A stretch of 27,924 nt of DNA from a virus (taxonomy: Duplodnaviria; Caudoviricetes). Where the stretch lies: IMG/VR virus record IMGVR_UViG_3300037751_000542, positions 1 to 27,924 of that record. One strand, given 5' to 3'. The position numbers and the translations under genes are program-made. The notes beneath the pieces are model-generated. The model made no database searches and was not told where the DNA came from. It worked only from the letters and a program-made list of their open reading frames with translations. Positions 8,627 to 18,246 of the stretch are shown one piece after another; position 1 is the first letter of the stretch; every line of letters begins with the position of its first letter.

Positions 8627-9018
8627 CCACCTCCGTCATCGTAATAAATTTCCAACGTCACAGCCGGGTCCAGCGCGTCAGATTGGCTGACCGTAGCCAC
8701 CAACTCATCGGCCACCGGGTAATAGTCCACCACCGGCTCCGTCGAGTCATACGTCCGGCCCGTTGCCCCATTATCGGTCACCTGCACCGTTGGAAAAAGT
8801 TGCGTGTCACTATTATTGTCCGTCATCGAGACAATATTCGTGGCGATTAAATCAGAGACCTCAGCCAACGTCAGGTCGGTCGTGGCCGGCGCGCTGCCGT
8901 GATAGACAACATCCACGCGCACAATGCGCCCCTGGATCGTCTCATCGGTCGTGGCCGTTCCCGTCGCCGAGCCGGCTTCGCCGGTGGTGACCACCTCAAG
9001 CCGCGTTTTTTTTAGCAT
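8623..9018 (-). CDS. Putative virion structural (decoration-type) protein
   Basis: Thr/Val-rich beta-type sequence downstream of the capsid gene; coupled to the next gene. Confidence 0.65.
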   Translation of the reverse strand: MLKKTRLEVVTTGEAGSATGTATTDETIQGRIVRVDVVYHGSAPATTDLTLAEVSDLIATNIVSMTDNNSDTQLFPTVQVTDNGATGRTYDSTEPVVDYYPVADELVATVSQSDALDPAVTLEIYYDDGGG

Positions 9019-9028
9019 GAGAGCCTAC

Positions 9029-10006
9029 CTAACTGTTATCATAGGACGCCAGGCAGTTCCAGGCGGAGCCATTCCAGATAAAAGAAATCGTGTCACCGGC
9101 ATCTAAATTAACATCGGCCTTGCACTCCACCGTTCCACCCGTCCCATCCAAGGTTATGACGCCGGTTGCGTTGATATTATGCAAAATGAGCAAATCGCCG
9201 GTTTCACCACCAGAGGCAACACAGGTTGACGTGTCACAGGCCGCCCCCGCCGCCGCCGTAGTAAGTGGCTGGTACGCTCCCGTAGGAGTAATGATCGAGC
9301 CTTCGGTAAGACTAATAGTTGACTGCGCAGACAGATTCAGAAATGTTCCAATATCCACATCGGCCGCGGCGTTCACGGTCCCATCCAATCTGGCCGTGCC
9401 ATCAACTTCAAGGCCGCCCTCAATATAGGCGTCCTCGCCATTCAGAGAGGTGCCAGGCATCCCGTTCCCCACGGCAAAATTACCGGTCAACAAATCAACC
9501 CGGCCGGTGGCCGCGCCAAGCGTAATCGTGATAACATCGTCAAATGAGGCCTCAAGGGTTGTGTCCTGATCAGCATCGAGCGTCAACGTGTTGGCGGCCA
9601 GGTAAAAACTGCTGGCCGTCATCGAGTAGGCGTCCGAGCCGCCAATTTCGATGTCAATCTGATCATCCGTGTCCGCCGTTATAGACGTATCGTTATCGGC
9701 GTCCAGATCAAGTTGCCCGCCGGCGAAGTCCACCAGGCCCGTCGCGCCGTCAACCTGGAATTCCAGGGTTGACGCCTCATCCGAATAAACCGTAATATCC
9801 GTCCCATTCCACGCCTCGACACAGTTGCCGTCCGACGTGAAACACTGCAACTTGCCCCTAAGGGCTACATCCGCCAGGGCGCGACCCTCTTCCGTCCCAA
9901 CAGACAACGCCAGAAGAGACCCCAGCACAATAACCGCCGCCAACAATGCAACACCCAGCAGCTTCAGCACCCGCCCAGCCAAACGAAAATCAAACATCAC
10001 ACACAC
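9029..10006 (-). CDS. Putative head fibre/decoration protein with N-terminal hydrophobic helix
   Basis: GGAGGT RBS; repeated LDAD.DT.(I/L).A..DD.I motif; immediately follows the capsid gene. Confidence 0.7.
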   Translation of the reverse strand: MCVMFDFRLAGRVLKLLGVALLAAVIVLGSLLALSVGTEEGRALADVALRGKLQCFTSDGNCVEAWNGTDITVYSDEASTLEFQVDGATGLVDFAGGQLDLDADNDTSITADTDDQIDIEIGGSDAYSMTASSFYLAANTLTLDADQDTTLEASFDDVITITLGAATGRVDLLTGNFAVGNGMPGTSLNGEDAYIEGGLEVDGTARLDGTVNAAADVDIGTFLNLSAQSTISLTEGSIITPTGAYQPLTTAAAGAACDTSTCVASGGETGDLLILHNINATGVITLDGTGGTVECKADVNLDAGDTISFIWNGSAWNCLASYDNS

Positions 10007-10085
10007 CTCCCTTATGAATGGTTAATGGTAAATGGCGAATGGCGAATGGTAAATAATTTATAATTCACAATTTACCATTCACAAT

Positions 10086-12650
10086 TCAGATCGTAATGTT
10101 GTAACTCAGTCCCACCATCCCCGCTTCTTTGAAGCCGATGTCAAACCTGGCAGAGCCAACAATATAGCGAGCATCCGCGCCGGGCAGCCCAACCACGCGC
10201 ACCCGCGGCCGCCGCCGCCACCCAACCATAATCCCGCGCTTGTTGATGCACATGAACGAGCCCTTGGTATTATTGTTCCCGGTCGAGCTAATTTTACCGG
10301 ACGCATCCGTCAAGCCATAGTTCTCACTCACAATCAGCGGCACGCCAAACAGCGACCCCAGCTGGCCCGTCAAAATCGTGGCCGCCGAGCCGAAGTGGTC
10401 AAGCGTCAGCACCTCACTGAGCAGCTTAGCCTTGTGCCAGACGCCGGTGTCCAGGATAAAGGCCTGGTCGCGCGGATTCACCCCAAACTTGCCACCCGTC
10501 CCCATCAGAGACTGAGTAGAGCCGAAGTCATCAATCGTCAGCGCTCCCGCGTCGCGGCTGTCGGCCGCGGTCGTAATCAGCGACTCATGACGCAGACCGT
10601 CTACCACCAGAAAGCGGCTGGTAGCGCCGATTGCGCCGCCATCATTAGAGATGTTTGAAGAGCCGGTACTCTCATCACCGCTGATCAGCGCCTCGTCCAG
10701 GCCGTGGGCAAATGACAACGCGTACTGGTCCCGGAACTGCGGTTCCGAGGCAATAATACCGTCCTCCTCCTGCTCCTCCGACCAGTAGGAGATTGCCCCC
10801 AGTTTTCCGGCGCTGAATGTCGTTTTATCCGTGCCGATTTTCGAGTCGGTGAACGGGCCGCCCGTTAGAACCAGTTGGCTCTCATCGGCGGCTTCCCCCA
10901 CAGTATACAGGGTCGGGTCCGTCGATTCAGTTGGGTAGTCAAACGGCTGGGAGGGCATATCAAACTGCATAAACAGCGGCAATACCAGCGCCTCCAACCG
11001 AATGGTCCGCCACAGTTGAGCCGACATCAGCGTCGGCACCCACTCATCGCCAAAACCCGCCTGGGTCGAGTAAATCAGCTCGTCGCTTTTGACGGCGATT
11101 TCAACGATTTGCCGGATGCCAAGGCCGGTCACCACGTCTCCGGAGACATCAAACCCGCCTTTATGCAGGCGATGGTCGCTTTTGATGTCCAGCGCGCTGG
11201 TCTTATCGTCCACCTCAATATCGGTCAAACCACGCGGAATAAGCGCCTCAAAGTCCAAGGCAGGCTTCCGCACCGGTTGGCCATTCCTGACCATTACAAC
11301 ATCTTCTTCCCGCGCCATCTTCACCGCTCGCCCGGCCAGCGCCCGCCAGAACTTAACCGACGGCTGCCGGCCGTAGGAGCGCATCACCTCATAGCGAACG
11401 CACAAATCAAACGTACTCAACCGGTCATAGGGCGAGACCCCAACCAGGAAGTTGGCCGGGATCGTAATCCGGCCATCAGCCTGATAATTCATCCCAACCA
11501 CAGGGCCTGTCGCACCGGCGGCCTTCGCCGCCGCCAGGCTAACCTTGATCTGATTCATCTCCACATCAAGCTGCTTATTTTTTTCTTCTACCTCCTGCAG
11601 CTTCGCCTCAGCCTCTGCAATCTTGCCCGCAGACGCCTCCTGCACCACGCCAACTGCCTCATCGACCACCGCCTTCAGCTCGGCTTTCCGATCCACCTCA
11701 AGCTGCTCGGCCGCCGCGCGCTCGGCCATGATTCTATCCAGACGCTCCTGCACCAGAGCATCTATATCACCACCACTCATGCTAACCTCCCTGGTCTTCC
11801 GACCTGATAAAATTAGGTTTTTATATTTATCCGGGTCCAAACCGCTCGGCTGAACCCCGCCGAAGCCACCCGCCTTTTTTTTGTTTTCACTCTCAGAAGC
11901 GCCCCCACGCGCTTCTTGAAGCTCTTCAAACGAAATACCCTCAAACAATCCGGCCCAGCCCCGCAGCCGTTCGTCAGGCGGCATCTCAATCTCGCCGTTT
12001 AGAATCTCGTTCATAGTACCGGACTCAATCCCGGCCGCTTCAGCCGAAGCCTCAACAGCCTCCGCACGAGACCAATCATTTTTCTCCATTACCTGGTTCA
12101 GGCCGCGCTCAAGCAGAGAAATCAGCCGCTGGCCCTTGACCTCCAAACCCATCTGAGCCGCCACCATCGCGGCCATATCCGCCTTCATCGCGCTATGGGC
12201 GCTCGGAACGCACTGCTTGCCGCCCTCCATTATCGAAATTTCAAATAACGGCCAATTCACCACCGCCTTGGTCCCATCCGGCAGCTGCTCCCGTTTAACC
12301 AGGTAATGGAACGACCCCAGGGACAAGCCAACATCCTGGGCCTGCTCCAGCCTGCTCCAGGCCCGGTCGCCGGCGGCGTCAAACCCCACATTCCCTTCAA
12401 CCCACAAACCCGTCTCGTCAATCTTAAAGGCCCTGGGGTCCCAGTTCCCCACCGGCGTCGAGCCGAAGTCAGGATGCAACCCATGGAGGTAAAGCATCAT
12501 CGGCGTAACTTTCCCGATGTACGGCTCAATCGCCCGCTTCTCCATCCGGTCATCCTCGCAATCCTGCTCCCCCCACACCGTAGCGTACGAGCCAATACGG
12601 CGCGTCGCTACGTCCAGCATCTTTATCGCCTTCGCTTCACATAAAGACAT
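10086..12650 (-). CDS. Prohead protease-scaffold-major capsid protein fusion (HK97 fold)
   Basis: N-terminal HK97-type protease motifs (LYLH, DETGLWVEG, GLSLG, LFEISI), a coiled-coil scaffold, and a C-terminal capsid domain (GDEWVP, LDEALISGD, GQLGSLFGVPLIVS); GGAGGT RBS. Confidence 0.9.
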   Translation of the reverse strand: MSLCEAKAIKMLDVATRRIGSYATVWGEQDCEDDRMEKRAIEPYIGKVTPMMLYLHGLHPDFGSTPVGNWDPRAFKIDETGLWVEGNVGFDAAGDRAWSRLEQAQDVGLSLGSFHYLVKREQLPDGTKAVVNWPLFEISIMEGGKQCVPSAHSAMKADMAAMVAAQMGLEVKGQRLISLLERGLNQVMEKNDWSRAEAVEASAEAAGIESGTMNEILNGEIEMPPDERLRGWAGLFEGISFEELQEARGGASESENKKKAGGFGGVQPSGLDPDKYKNLILSGRKTREVSMSGGDIDALVQERLDRIMAERAAAEQLEVDRKAELKAVVDEAVGVVQEASAGKIAEAEAKLQEVEEKNKQLDVEMNQIKVSLAAAKAAGATGPVVGMNYQADGRITIPANFLVGVSPYDRLSTFDLCVRYEVMRSYGRQPSVKFWRALAGRAVKMAREEDVVMVRNGQPVRKPALDFEALIPRGLTDIEVDDKTSALDIKSDHRLHKGGFDVSGDVVTGLGIRQIVEIAVKSDELIYSTQAGFGDEWVPTLMSAQLWRTIRLEALVLPLFMQFDMPSQPFDYPTESTDPTLYTVGEAADESQLVLTGGPFTDSKIGTDKTTFSAGKLGAISYWSEEQEEDGIIASEPQFRDQYALSFAHGLDEALISGDESTGSSNISNDGGAIGATSRFLVVDGLRHESLITTAADSRDAGALTIDDFGSTQSLMGTGGKFGVNPRDQAFILDTGVWHKAKLLSEVLTLDHFGSAATILTGQLGSLFGVPLIVSENYGLTDASGKISSTGNNNTKGSFMCINKRGIMVGWRRRPRVRVVGLPGADARYIVGSARFDIGFKEAGMVGLSYNITI

Positions 12651-12695
12651 CTTTACCTCCTCGCCTAAACCAAATCGGTATCAAAATCGCTCTGC

Positions 12696-12941
12696 TTACG
12701 CGCCATCCCCTACCTCTCTAAAGTCAAGATAGTACTCGCGACCAACGGCAAACACATCCGCCTGAACTGAATGAAGCTCAACTGACCCTGATGGCGTAGC
12801 AGCCCAGAAGCGCTTGTTCTCCTCGCTCCCATCAACAACCGCCTGGAAGCGATAAGACCAGAGAAGTTTCTGATCTCCCCAACCCATCTCTGCGCCAGCC
12901 GCCACACACAGAAACTTGCATCGAATCGGTTCATCTGCCAT
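12696..12941 (-). CDS. Conserved small phage protein
   Basis: IRCKF.C...ENKRFWAATPSG.V.L...F..G.EYYLDF pattern; GGAGG RBS. Confidence 0.75.
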   Translation of the reverse strand: MADEPIRCKFLCVAAGAEMGWGDQKLLWSYRFQAVVDGSEENKRFWAATPSGSVELHSVQADVFAVGREYYLDFREVGDGA

Positions 12942-15054
12942 TAGACAACACGCCCTCCGGGTTTAATAAAGATGGTATAAGACTATTATCAAGGCCAGGA
13001 AAAGAAAACAGGGGGATAACCAACGGCGACCATTTCAAGTTGTTCTCCCGGCAGTCAAAACAATGCTCAGCTAAGACCGCCATCTCCCAGTAGCACAGCC
13101 ACGATTTTAGCCGGCGGTCAAACTCAATCTCCCACCAGCACCGGCAGTAGGAGCGACACTCCTGGTTCCCATCGCCAGGCAACTCCGGCAACCTGAGCGG
13201 AAACCCCAACAGCCCCTTGATTTTGGCCCGCTCAAAGGCGGCCACCGACGAGCCAAAATACTGGTACGCCCGCGCCCCAATCGCCTCCGGAGACATCTCC
13301 CCGAAACCTGTAACCCGTTCAAATTCGGTCAAAAAGTCGTTCTGGCGGCTCAGACGCCCACGTAACCAGGCTTCGTCTTCCGAGTCAAGCTCCCGCCCCA
13401 GCCCCAGCTTGTATTGCTCTTCATACAGCGCATCGAGCGCCGACCGCATCTCCTCCCCCCAGGCCGGCAGGCTCAGCCCACCACGCACCAGGTCCCCCGC
13501 CAACTGGTAGGCCGCCGGCCGCAGCCGCTCAACCATAGCGTTTCGCTCCTCAACCGGCCCGCGATAGCGCCCGGCCTTAGATGCCTTAGATTTTGTCACC
13601 AGAGACGAATCAGAGGGATTAAGAGCCAGATCCGAACTGTCCACCCCAACCGTAGACTGCGCCGGGTCGCGGCTGGGATGCGGCGGCTTTTCGTCCCGAC
13701 CCCCATCAGGGGTGGAAAAAGAAGAAGATGGGCCAGCAGGAGGAGGGGTCGGAGTATCGCCAGGCAAAACACCCCAGGATTTAGCCACAAAAAAACCGCT
13801 CTCCGGTCCAAGGCTCTCAATCAGCGTTTTAATCGCCCTCGAGCGGCTGGCCGCCGCCGCCCCCCGTAGGCTCTCAATCCTGGCCTGAATTTCCTTATCC
13901 ACCGGCACCACGTTCACAAAATGCGCTTCAGCCGGCGGCGCCCCTGGCCAGTGTGGCAAAATCGAGGTAATCTCACCGGCAATCTTCTCGAGCAGCGGAG
14001 CTACCGTCCAGGCCCGCGTTACATGCTCAGCAACCTTAGCGGTCGCCCAATTCACATCCTCAGAAAAAACCAGGCCCGGGTGAACGCCAATAACCCCAAA
14101 CACCCTCACCCGGTTCAAGCGCGCCTGAGGAACGCTTTCGCTTTCACGCGGCGAGAACCCCCACTCCCGGATTTTAAACCCGGCCCACAGCGGAAACATT
14201 TTATGCCAGTTCCCAACCCCCTTCATGCGGGCCTCCCACAATCGCTCCATCAGATCAAGCTCCGTTTCGTCAATCTCGGCCCGATCCGACTCTATAATTG
14301 CCGAAGGCCGAAACGCGTTTTTAAACATCGCGTGCGCCGACATCTGAGAGGCAATGTCTGCCGCGCTGGCCAGGTTAGCCGGACGCACCCGCCCCAGGGA
14401 GTTGTAGCGATTGAGCGGGTTGAATTCGGTCACCCTCATAATCGCATCGGGTTCAAAAATCGTCCGCTCACCGCCCATATTGAACCGGTATTCCGAAATA
14501 AACCTTTCAGCATCAGGCACAACCGTGATCGATTCCGGAATCAACCACCACATGGCCACCGGTTCCCCTTTCAACGAAATTCGCCGCCCACCAGGCAAAC
14601 CTCTCGGTCGCCGACCGTCATCGAGATGAGTAAACGACCCTTTCGGCGACAGAAGCAGGGTTGTAACCATAGCCTCGATAAAATCCGCCCGGCTATCAAA
14701 GCGATTTGGCCGCTCCCACAGTGTATAGAACGGGTGTTCTTCCCGCTTCAGCCGGGCCGTTTCCAGCGGCATCCCGGTCAGGGGGTCCCGCTCACCATTC
14801 GGATCAAAAAGAGCCAACTCACAGCTTGAGGAAATGTCTGCCAGCTTTTTAACGCACATATAAATCAGGTCTGACTCGGTGTACCGTTCAGCCGCCTTAA
14901 CGTAACTGTCGGCGGCCGGCAGATCGGCCCAACCATCCTCCCCGGCCGCCCACTCAGCCGCCCGGGCGTACCCGCGCACCCAGGCCGGCGCGCGACCGCG
15001 TGGATTATGTGATTTGCGAGCTTGCCAGCCCAAACGCTCTAAAAGTGCCGCCAT
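12931..15054 (-). CDS. Portal protein with C-terminal MuF-like head morphogenesis domain
   Basis: HK97-type portal motifs (IYMCVKKLA, HPF..L..RPN, FKNAFRPSAII, FGVIGVHP); Pro-rich linker; C-terminal PGDG..EC..YCRC..EHC..C. Confidence 0.88.
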   Translation of the reverse strand: MAALLERLGWQARKSHNPRGRAPAWVRGYARAAEWAAGEDGWADLPAADSYVKAAERYTESDLIYMCVKKLADISSSCELALFDPNGERDPLTGMPLETARLKREEHPFYTLWERPNRFDSRADFIEAMVTTLLLSPKGSFTHLDDGRRPRGLPGGRRISLKGEPVAMWWLIPESITVVPDAERFISEYRFNMGGERTIFEPDAIMRVTEFNPLNRYNSLGRVRPANLASAADIASQMSAHAMFKNAFRPSAIIESDRAEIDETELDLMERLWEARMKGVGNWHKMFPLWAGFKIREWGFSPRESESVPQARLNRVRVFGVIGVHPGLVFSEDVNWATAKVAEHVTRAWTVAPLLEKIAGEITSILPHWPGAPPAEAHFVNVVPVDKEIQARIESLRGAAAASRSRAIKTLIESLGPESGFFVAKSWGVLPGDTPTPPPAGPSSSFSTPDGGRDEKPPHPSRDPAQSTVGVDSSDLALNPSDSSLVTKSKASKAGRYRGPVEERNAMVERLRPAAYQLAGDLVRGGLSLPAWGEEMRSALDALYEEQYKLGLGRELDSEDEAWLRGRLSRQNDFLTEFERVTGFGEMSPEAIGARAYQYFGSSVAAFERAKIKGLLGFPLRLPELPGDGNQECRSYCRCWWEIEFDRRLKSWLCYWEMAVLAEHCFDCRENNLKWSPLVIPLFSFPGLDNSLIPSLLNPEGVLSNGR

Positions 15055-15064
15055 AGAACCTTTA

Positions 15065-15343
15065 TTAAGACCTATCCTCAGAGACTATCCACACCGTTTT
15101 CAAGCCGCCGTTGACGGCCAGGCCACCGGGGACACATGATCGCTCCAGATAACCGGCATCGTGGTAAAGACGTAGATTCTGCTTCACACTCTCATGTGTT
15201 TTGCCAAGTCCGGCAGCGATCTCCGGAGCAGATTGCCCTGGGTTATTAAACACATAGACCAGTAGCTCTGTCCCGCGTAGCCGCCGACATTTTCGCGCTA
15301 CCGCTCGCCGATAAGGGGGAAATATAAGACTGACATCATTCAT
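15065..15343 (-). CDS. Winged-HTH DNA-binding protein
   Basis: NNPGQSAPEIAAGLGKTHESVKQNLRLY..AGYLER. ATG at 15343 overlaps the upstream gene end (ORF track start 15352). Confidence 0.7.
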   Translation of the reverse strand: MNDVSLIFPPYRRAVARKCRRLRGTELLVYVFNNPGQSAPEIAAGLGKTHESVKQNLRLYHDAGYLERSCVPGGLAVNGGLKTVWIVSEDRS

Positions 15344-15509
15344 GAATCTCAACCATCTTCCGGTGCCAGACCGCCGCTACCACTGTCAGCAGCCAGAAAA
15401 ACCCGCCAACCGCCAACGCATCGAGACGAGGCGCGCCCAACAGTACACTAACAAAACTCAACGAAGCCAACGTAGAAGATAAGATTTGCAGATAGTAACT
15501 AACTCGCAT
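15336..15509 (-). CDS. 57-aa two-TM membrane protein (not in ORF track)
   Basis: MRVSYYLQILSSTLASLSFVSVLLGAPRLDALAVGGFFWLLTVVAAVWHRKMVEIHE; TAATG and ATGAATGA overlaps on the two sides. Confidence 0.55.
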   Translation of the reverse strand: MRVSYYLQILSSTLASLSFVSVLLGAPRLDALAVGGFFWLLTVVAAVWHRKMVEIHE

Positions 15510-15751
15510 TATGTAGACCTAAAATTTTCAAATCCCGCCCGCCCACCCAAATAATTTGCGGAAGCCAGAGGGGGTTTCGGGAGATCTTCGAGAGATATTT
15601 TCGAGTTCTCGTTGCATCCGTTCGCCGCAACACGCACCGACCGCCGCCACGCCGCGCCGGGCGGCAGGGGGGGGCGGGGGGAGGGGGTCAGAAGGCCCAA
15701 AAGTCTTATCCCGGAAAACAACAGGGCAAAAATGACCAAAAACAGCCTCAT
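15509..15751 (-). CDS. Hypothetical protein with N-terminal hydrophobic segment
   Basis: MRLFLVIFALLFSGIRLLGLL... starts just after the TerL stop, with AGGTGG upstream; its stop overlaps the next ATG. The alternative frame 15528..15758 cannot be excluded. Confidence 0.4.
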   Translation of the reverse strand: MRLFLVIFALLFSGIRLLGLLTPSPRPPLPPGAAWRRSVRVAANGCNENSKISLEDLPKPPLASANYLGGRAGFENFRST

Positions 15752-15761
15752 TTTCCACCTA

Positions 15762-17360
15762 TCATTTTTCGTCCGATTCACCCATCTCATCCAACTTAGA
15801 CTCCAACCAGCGCTTATAGTTTGGCCGGGAAACCAACTCAGCCCCCACCAACGATTGAATAACCGCGTCCGCCTCATCAGTAGAAGCCCCCTTGATCCGC
15901 CGCGCCACATCGTCTTTCTCCTCGACCTTGATACGACTACCGGACAGAACCCGATACTTCGGCGTGGTCAGCTGACCAATCAGGTCATCATCACGCGGCA
16001 ACCCCACATCCACCCCGCTCTCCGGATCAAGCATTTCTCGGACCAACCACCACGCCGCCGACCGCGTATCGGCAAACCCAAACTCATCAGAGTCATCGCG
16101 GCGATCCGTCTTCTTCCGCGCATTGAAGGGGAGGGCATTTTCAAACCCCCGCTCTTTCAGCCTTTGATAGCAGCCCAGCCCAACACCAATCACATCTATA
16201 AAGGCCAGAACTTCCTCGTTCCCTTCCGCGCCGAGAATCCCGCCGATGCGCCCCGCCAACTGCATCGTCGCCGTATCCTCATCCCCCCCAGGGTATTTCT
16301 CCAACTCCCCCACCTTGAAACCCTCATAGCAGCGAGCAATCACCGACTTATTACCATGCTCTGCCCCGGAGGCCACATCCGCCCCAACCGCCTTCAACCG
16401 TGTCGGCTCACCGTTCGGCGCGCTCACAGTCGAACCGTCCCGCCACACCTCCCAACGCTGCACCGCCAACTCCACCCAGGCCAGCGGAATAACACTGCTC
16501 TTGTCTTCCGCAGCGAACTCCCCCACCACCCGGTTCTTAAACAGCGCTGAGGATTCCCCCCACTGCTTTCGCCGCTGCTCCACCCAGTCGGCGCTAATTC
16601 GCCCGGCCTCTATCGCCTCAACCGTGGTCACCTTGCGGGCCGTCCAATCCTCATACCCCGCCCGGCGCGAGTGGATATGATAAAACCTTCCTTGCGGCTC
16701 GCCGGGCGTCGAAACCGCCAGAGCCAGCGCCTCACCCTGCCCGGAGAACGCACCCTCGGCGGCATCGAACGATTCATCCGGGATAGCCTTACTCTCATCA
16801 AACAGATACAGCAGATGATCCGCATGCGCCCCCTCGATGAGCTCGTAGTTATCGCTGGCCAGCGCGAACGCCTCGCCAGTATCAAGCTTCAGCGACAACG
16901 CCCGGAGCTCCCACCGGGGATGAAACGGATCCCTCCCAATTTTTTCCCATAACAGTCGCCTGGACCATTTATGAACCTCAGGCCAGAGATACTTGGTCAA
17001 CTGCCGCCAGGCCGATGCCATAGTCGGCAGCTTCCAGTCTCGACCATCGCGGGTCAGAGCAAAAGCCAGAACCACCCAGGCGCACAGAGCCGACTTGCCC
17101 AACCCGTGCGGCCCACGGATCGAATAACGGCCGGCAACCGGCAGCGACCCCAACGCCTCCCGCTGATACGGGGTTGGCCCTTCGCCCGGCGGCCAATCGA
17201 AGCAATCATAAACAAACGCCTCCCAGTCGCGGAAGTAAGTCCGCTGGAAGACCGCGTATTTATCCTCTCTACGCCTCGCCGCTAACAGCCGCTGCTGCAT
17301 CCGCAGCCGATCCAACCCCAGCGAAATCGAGGCCGGCCGACTCAAAGAACTCTCTAGCAA
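15762..17360 (-). CDS. terL: Terminase large subunit
   Basis: Walker A GPHGLGKS, Walker B LLYLFDES, coupling motif STP, and nuclease motifs GADVA, IDVIGVG and DEADA. The start may instead be 17300. Confidence 0.92.
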   Translation of the reverse strand: MLESSLSRPASISLGLDRLRMQQRLLAARRREDKYAVFQRTYFRDWEAFVYDCFDWPPGEGPTPYQREALGSLPVAGRYSIRGPHGLGKSALCAWVVLAFALTRDGRDWKLPTMASAWRQLTKYLWPEVHKWSRRLLWEKIGRDPFHPRWELRALSLKLDTGEAFALASDNYELIEGAHADHLLYLFDESKAIPDESFDAAEGAFSGQGEALALAVSTPGEPQGRFYHIHSRRAGYEDWTARKVTTVEAIEAGRISADWVEQRRKQWGESSALFKNRVVGEFAAEDKSSVIPLAWVELAVQRWEVWRDGSTVSAPNGEPTRLKAVGADVASGAEHGNKSVIARCYEGFKVGELEKYPGGDEDTATMQLAGRIGGILGAEGNEEVLAFIDVIGVGLGCYQRLKERGFENALPFNARKKTDRRDDSDEFGFADTRSAAWWLVREMLDPESGVDVGLPRDDDLIGQLTTPKYRVLSGSRIKVEEKDDVARRIKGASTDEADAVIQSLVGAELVSRPNYKRWLESKLDEMGESDEK

Positions 17361-17970
17361 GATCCTCTCCCAACGCCTCTATTACATCAAGCCGGGACAA
17401 ATCCCCGGCCTGCCATAAATCCATCATCTCCCCACGCCAATCATAGGCCGTCCCCAAACCAACCTTCCCCGCCGTCGACAAATCAGCCCGGTCTAAAATC
17501 GCAATGGCCGCCTTCAGCTTGTCCGCATCCCGAACCGCGCCGCTCAGCAACCCCCGCAGAGTGGCCACCGCCTCGAGCGTGGTCAGCTTCAATTGCCTCG
17601 AAGCCGCCTGCAGCGCCCCCACCATGGTCTCATTCCGGGCAAGGTCCAAACACTCTACAAACACACGGCTCTTCTTCCACTTCTGGTAATAGGCCGTATA
17701 CGAGGCCGCGAAGCGCCACAACCGGCCCGCCTCCCGAGCCGAACACTCATTATCCTGATGCTCAAACAACAACTGCTTGCGATCCTCCCGACGGTCCGTC
17801 GACCGGCCAACCTGCCGGCCGCACCACTTACAAGAGTACGTAGTCTTAATCAACCGGGACAACGGGACGCCATCAGTCTCCGCCGAAACAATCATCCCAA
17901 TCGCCCGCCGCTGAGGAGGCGACAGCATACTCATTTTCTGTTCAAGCTCATCCGACCATGCACTATTCAT
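17269..17970 (-). CDS. Probable terminase small subunit with Zn-finger-like insertion
   Basis: Directly upstream of and overlapping terL; C-terminal KLKAAIAILDRA helix; CKWC..H....C. Confidence 0.65.
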   Translation of the reverse strand: MNSAWSDELEQKMSMLSPPQRRAIGMIVSAETDGVPLSRLIKTTYSCKWCGRQVGRSTDRREDRKQLLFEHQDNECSAREAGRLWRFAASYTAYYQKWKKSRVFVECLDLARNETMVGALQAASRQLKLTTLEAVATLRGLLSGAVRDADKLKAAIAILDRADLSTAGKVGLGTAYDWRGEMMDLWQAGDLSRLDVIEALGEDLAREFFESAGLDFAGVGSAADAAAAVSGEA

Positions 17971-18039
17971 ACAGAACCAATAAAAGTTTCAGAGAACATC
18001 TATCACTACACGCAAAGAGAAAGGGGGGGGCAAAAAACG

Positions 18040-18246
18040 CTACCCCTCCCTTTCAAATTCATCCTCAATCAAATAGTCAATGTAAGACTTCGACGGCTTA
18101 TAATCAACCATCCGCACCTTATGCCCCTGCCGAGACAACTTATTCGCAAAGGAGACCGCCACCGCGAGCGACTTAAAATCATGGCGCTTTCCATCGGTAT
18201 TGTCATACACCGTCTTAACGTACTTGACGGAATCAGGAGTAGTCAT
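18040..18246 (-). CDS. Hypothetical protein
   Basis: GGAGGA RBS; overlaps the upstream gene. Confidence 0.65.
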   Translation of the reverse strand: MTTPDSVKYVKTVYDNTDGKRHDFKSLAVAVSFANKLSRQGHKVRMVDYKPSKSYIDYLIEDEFEREG

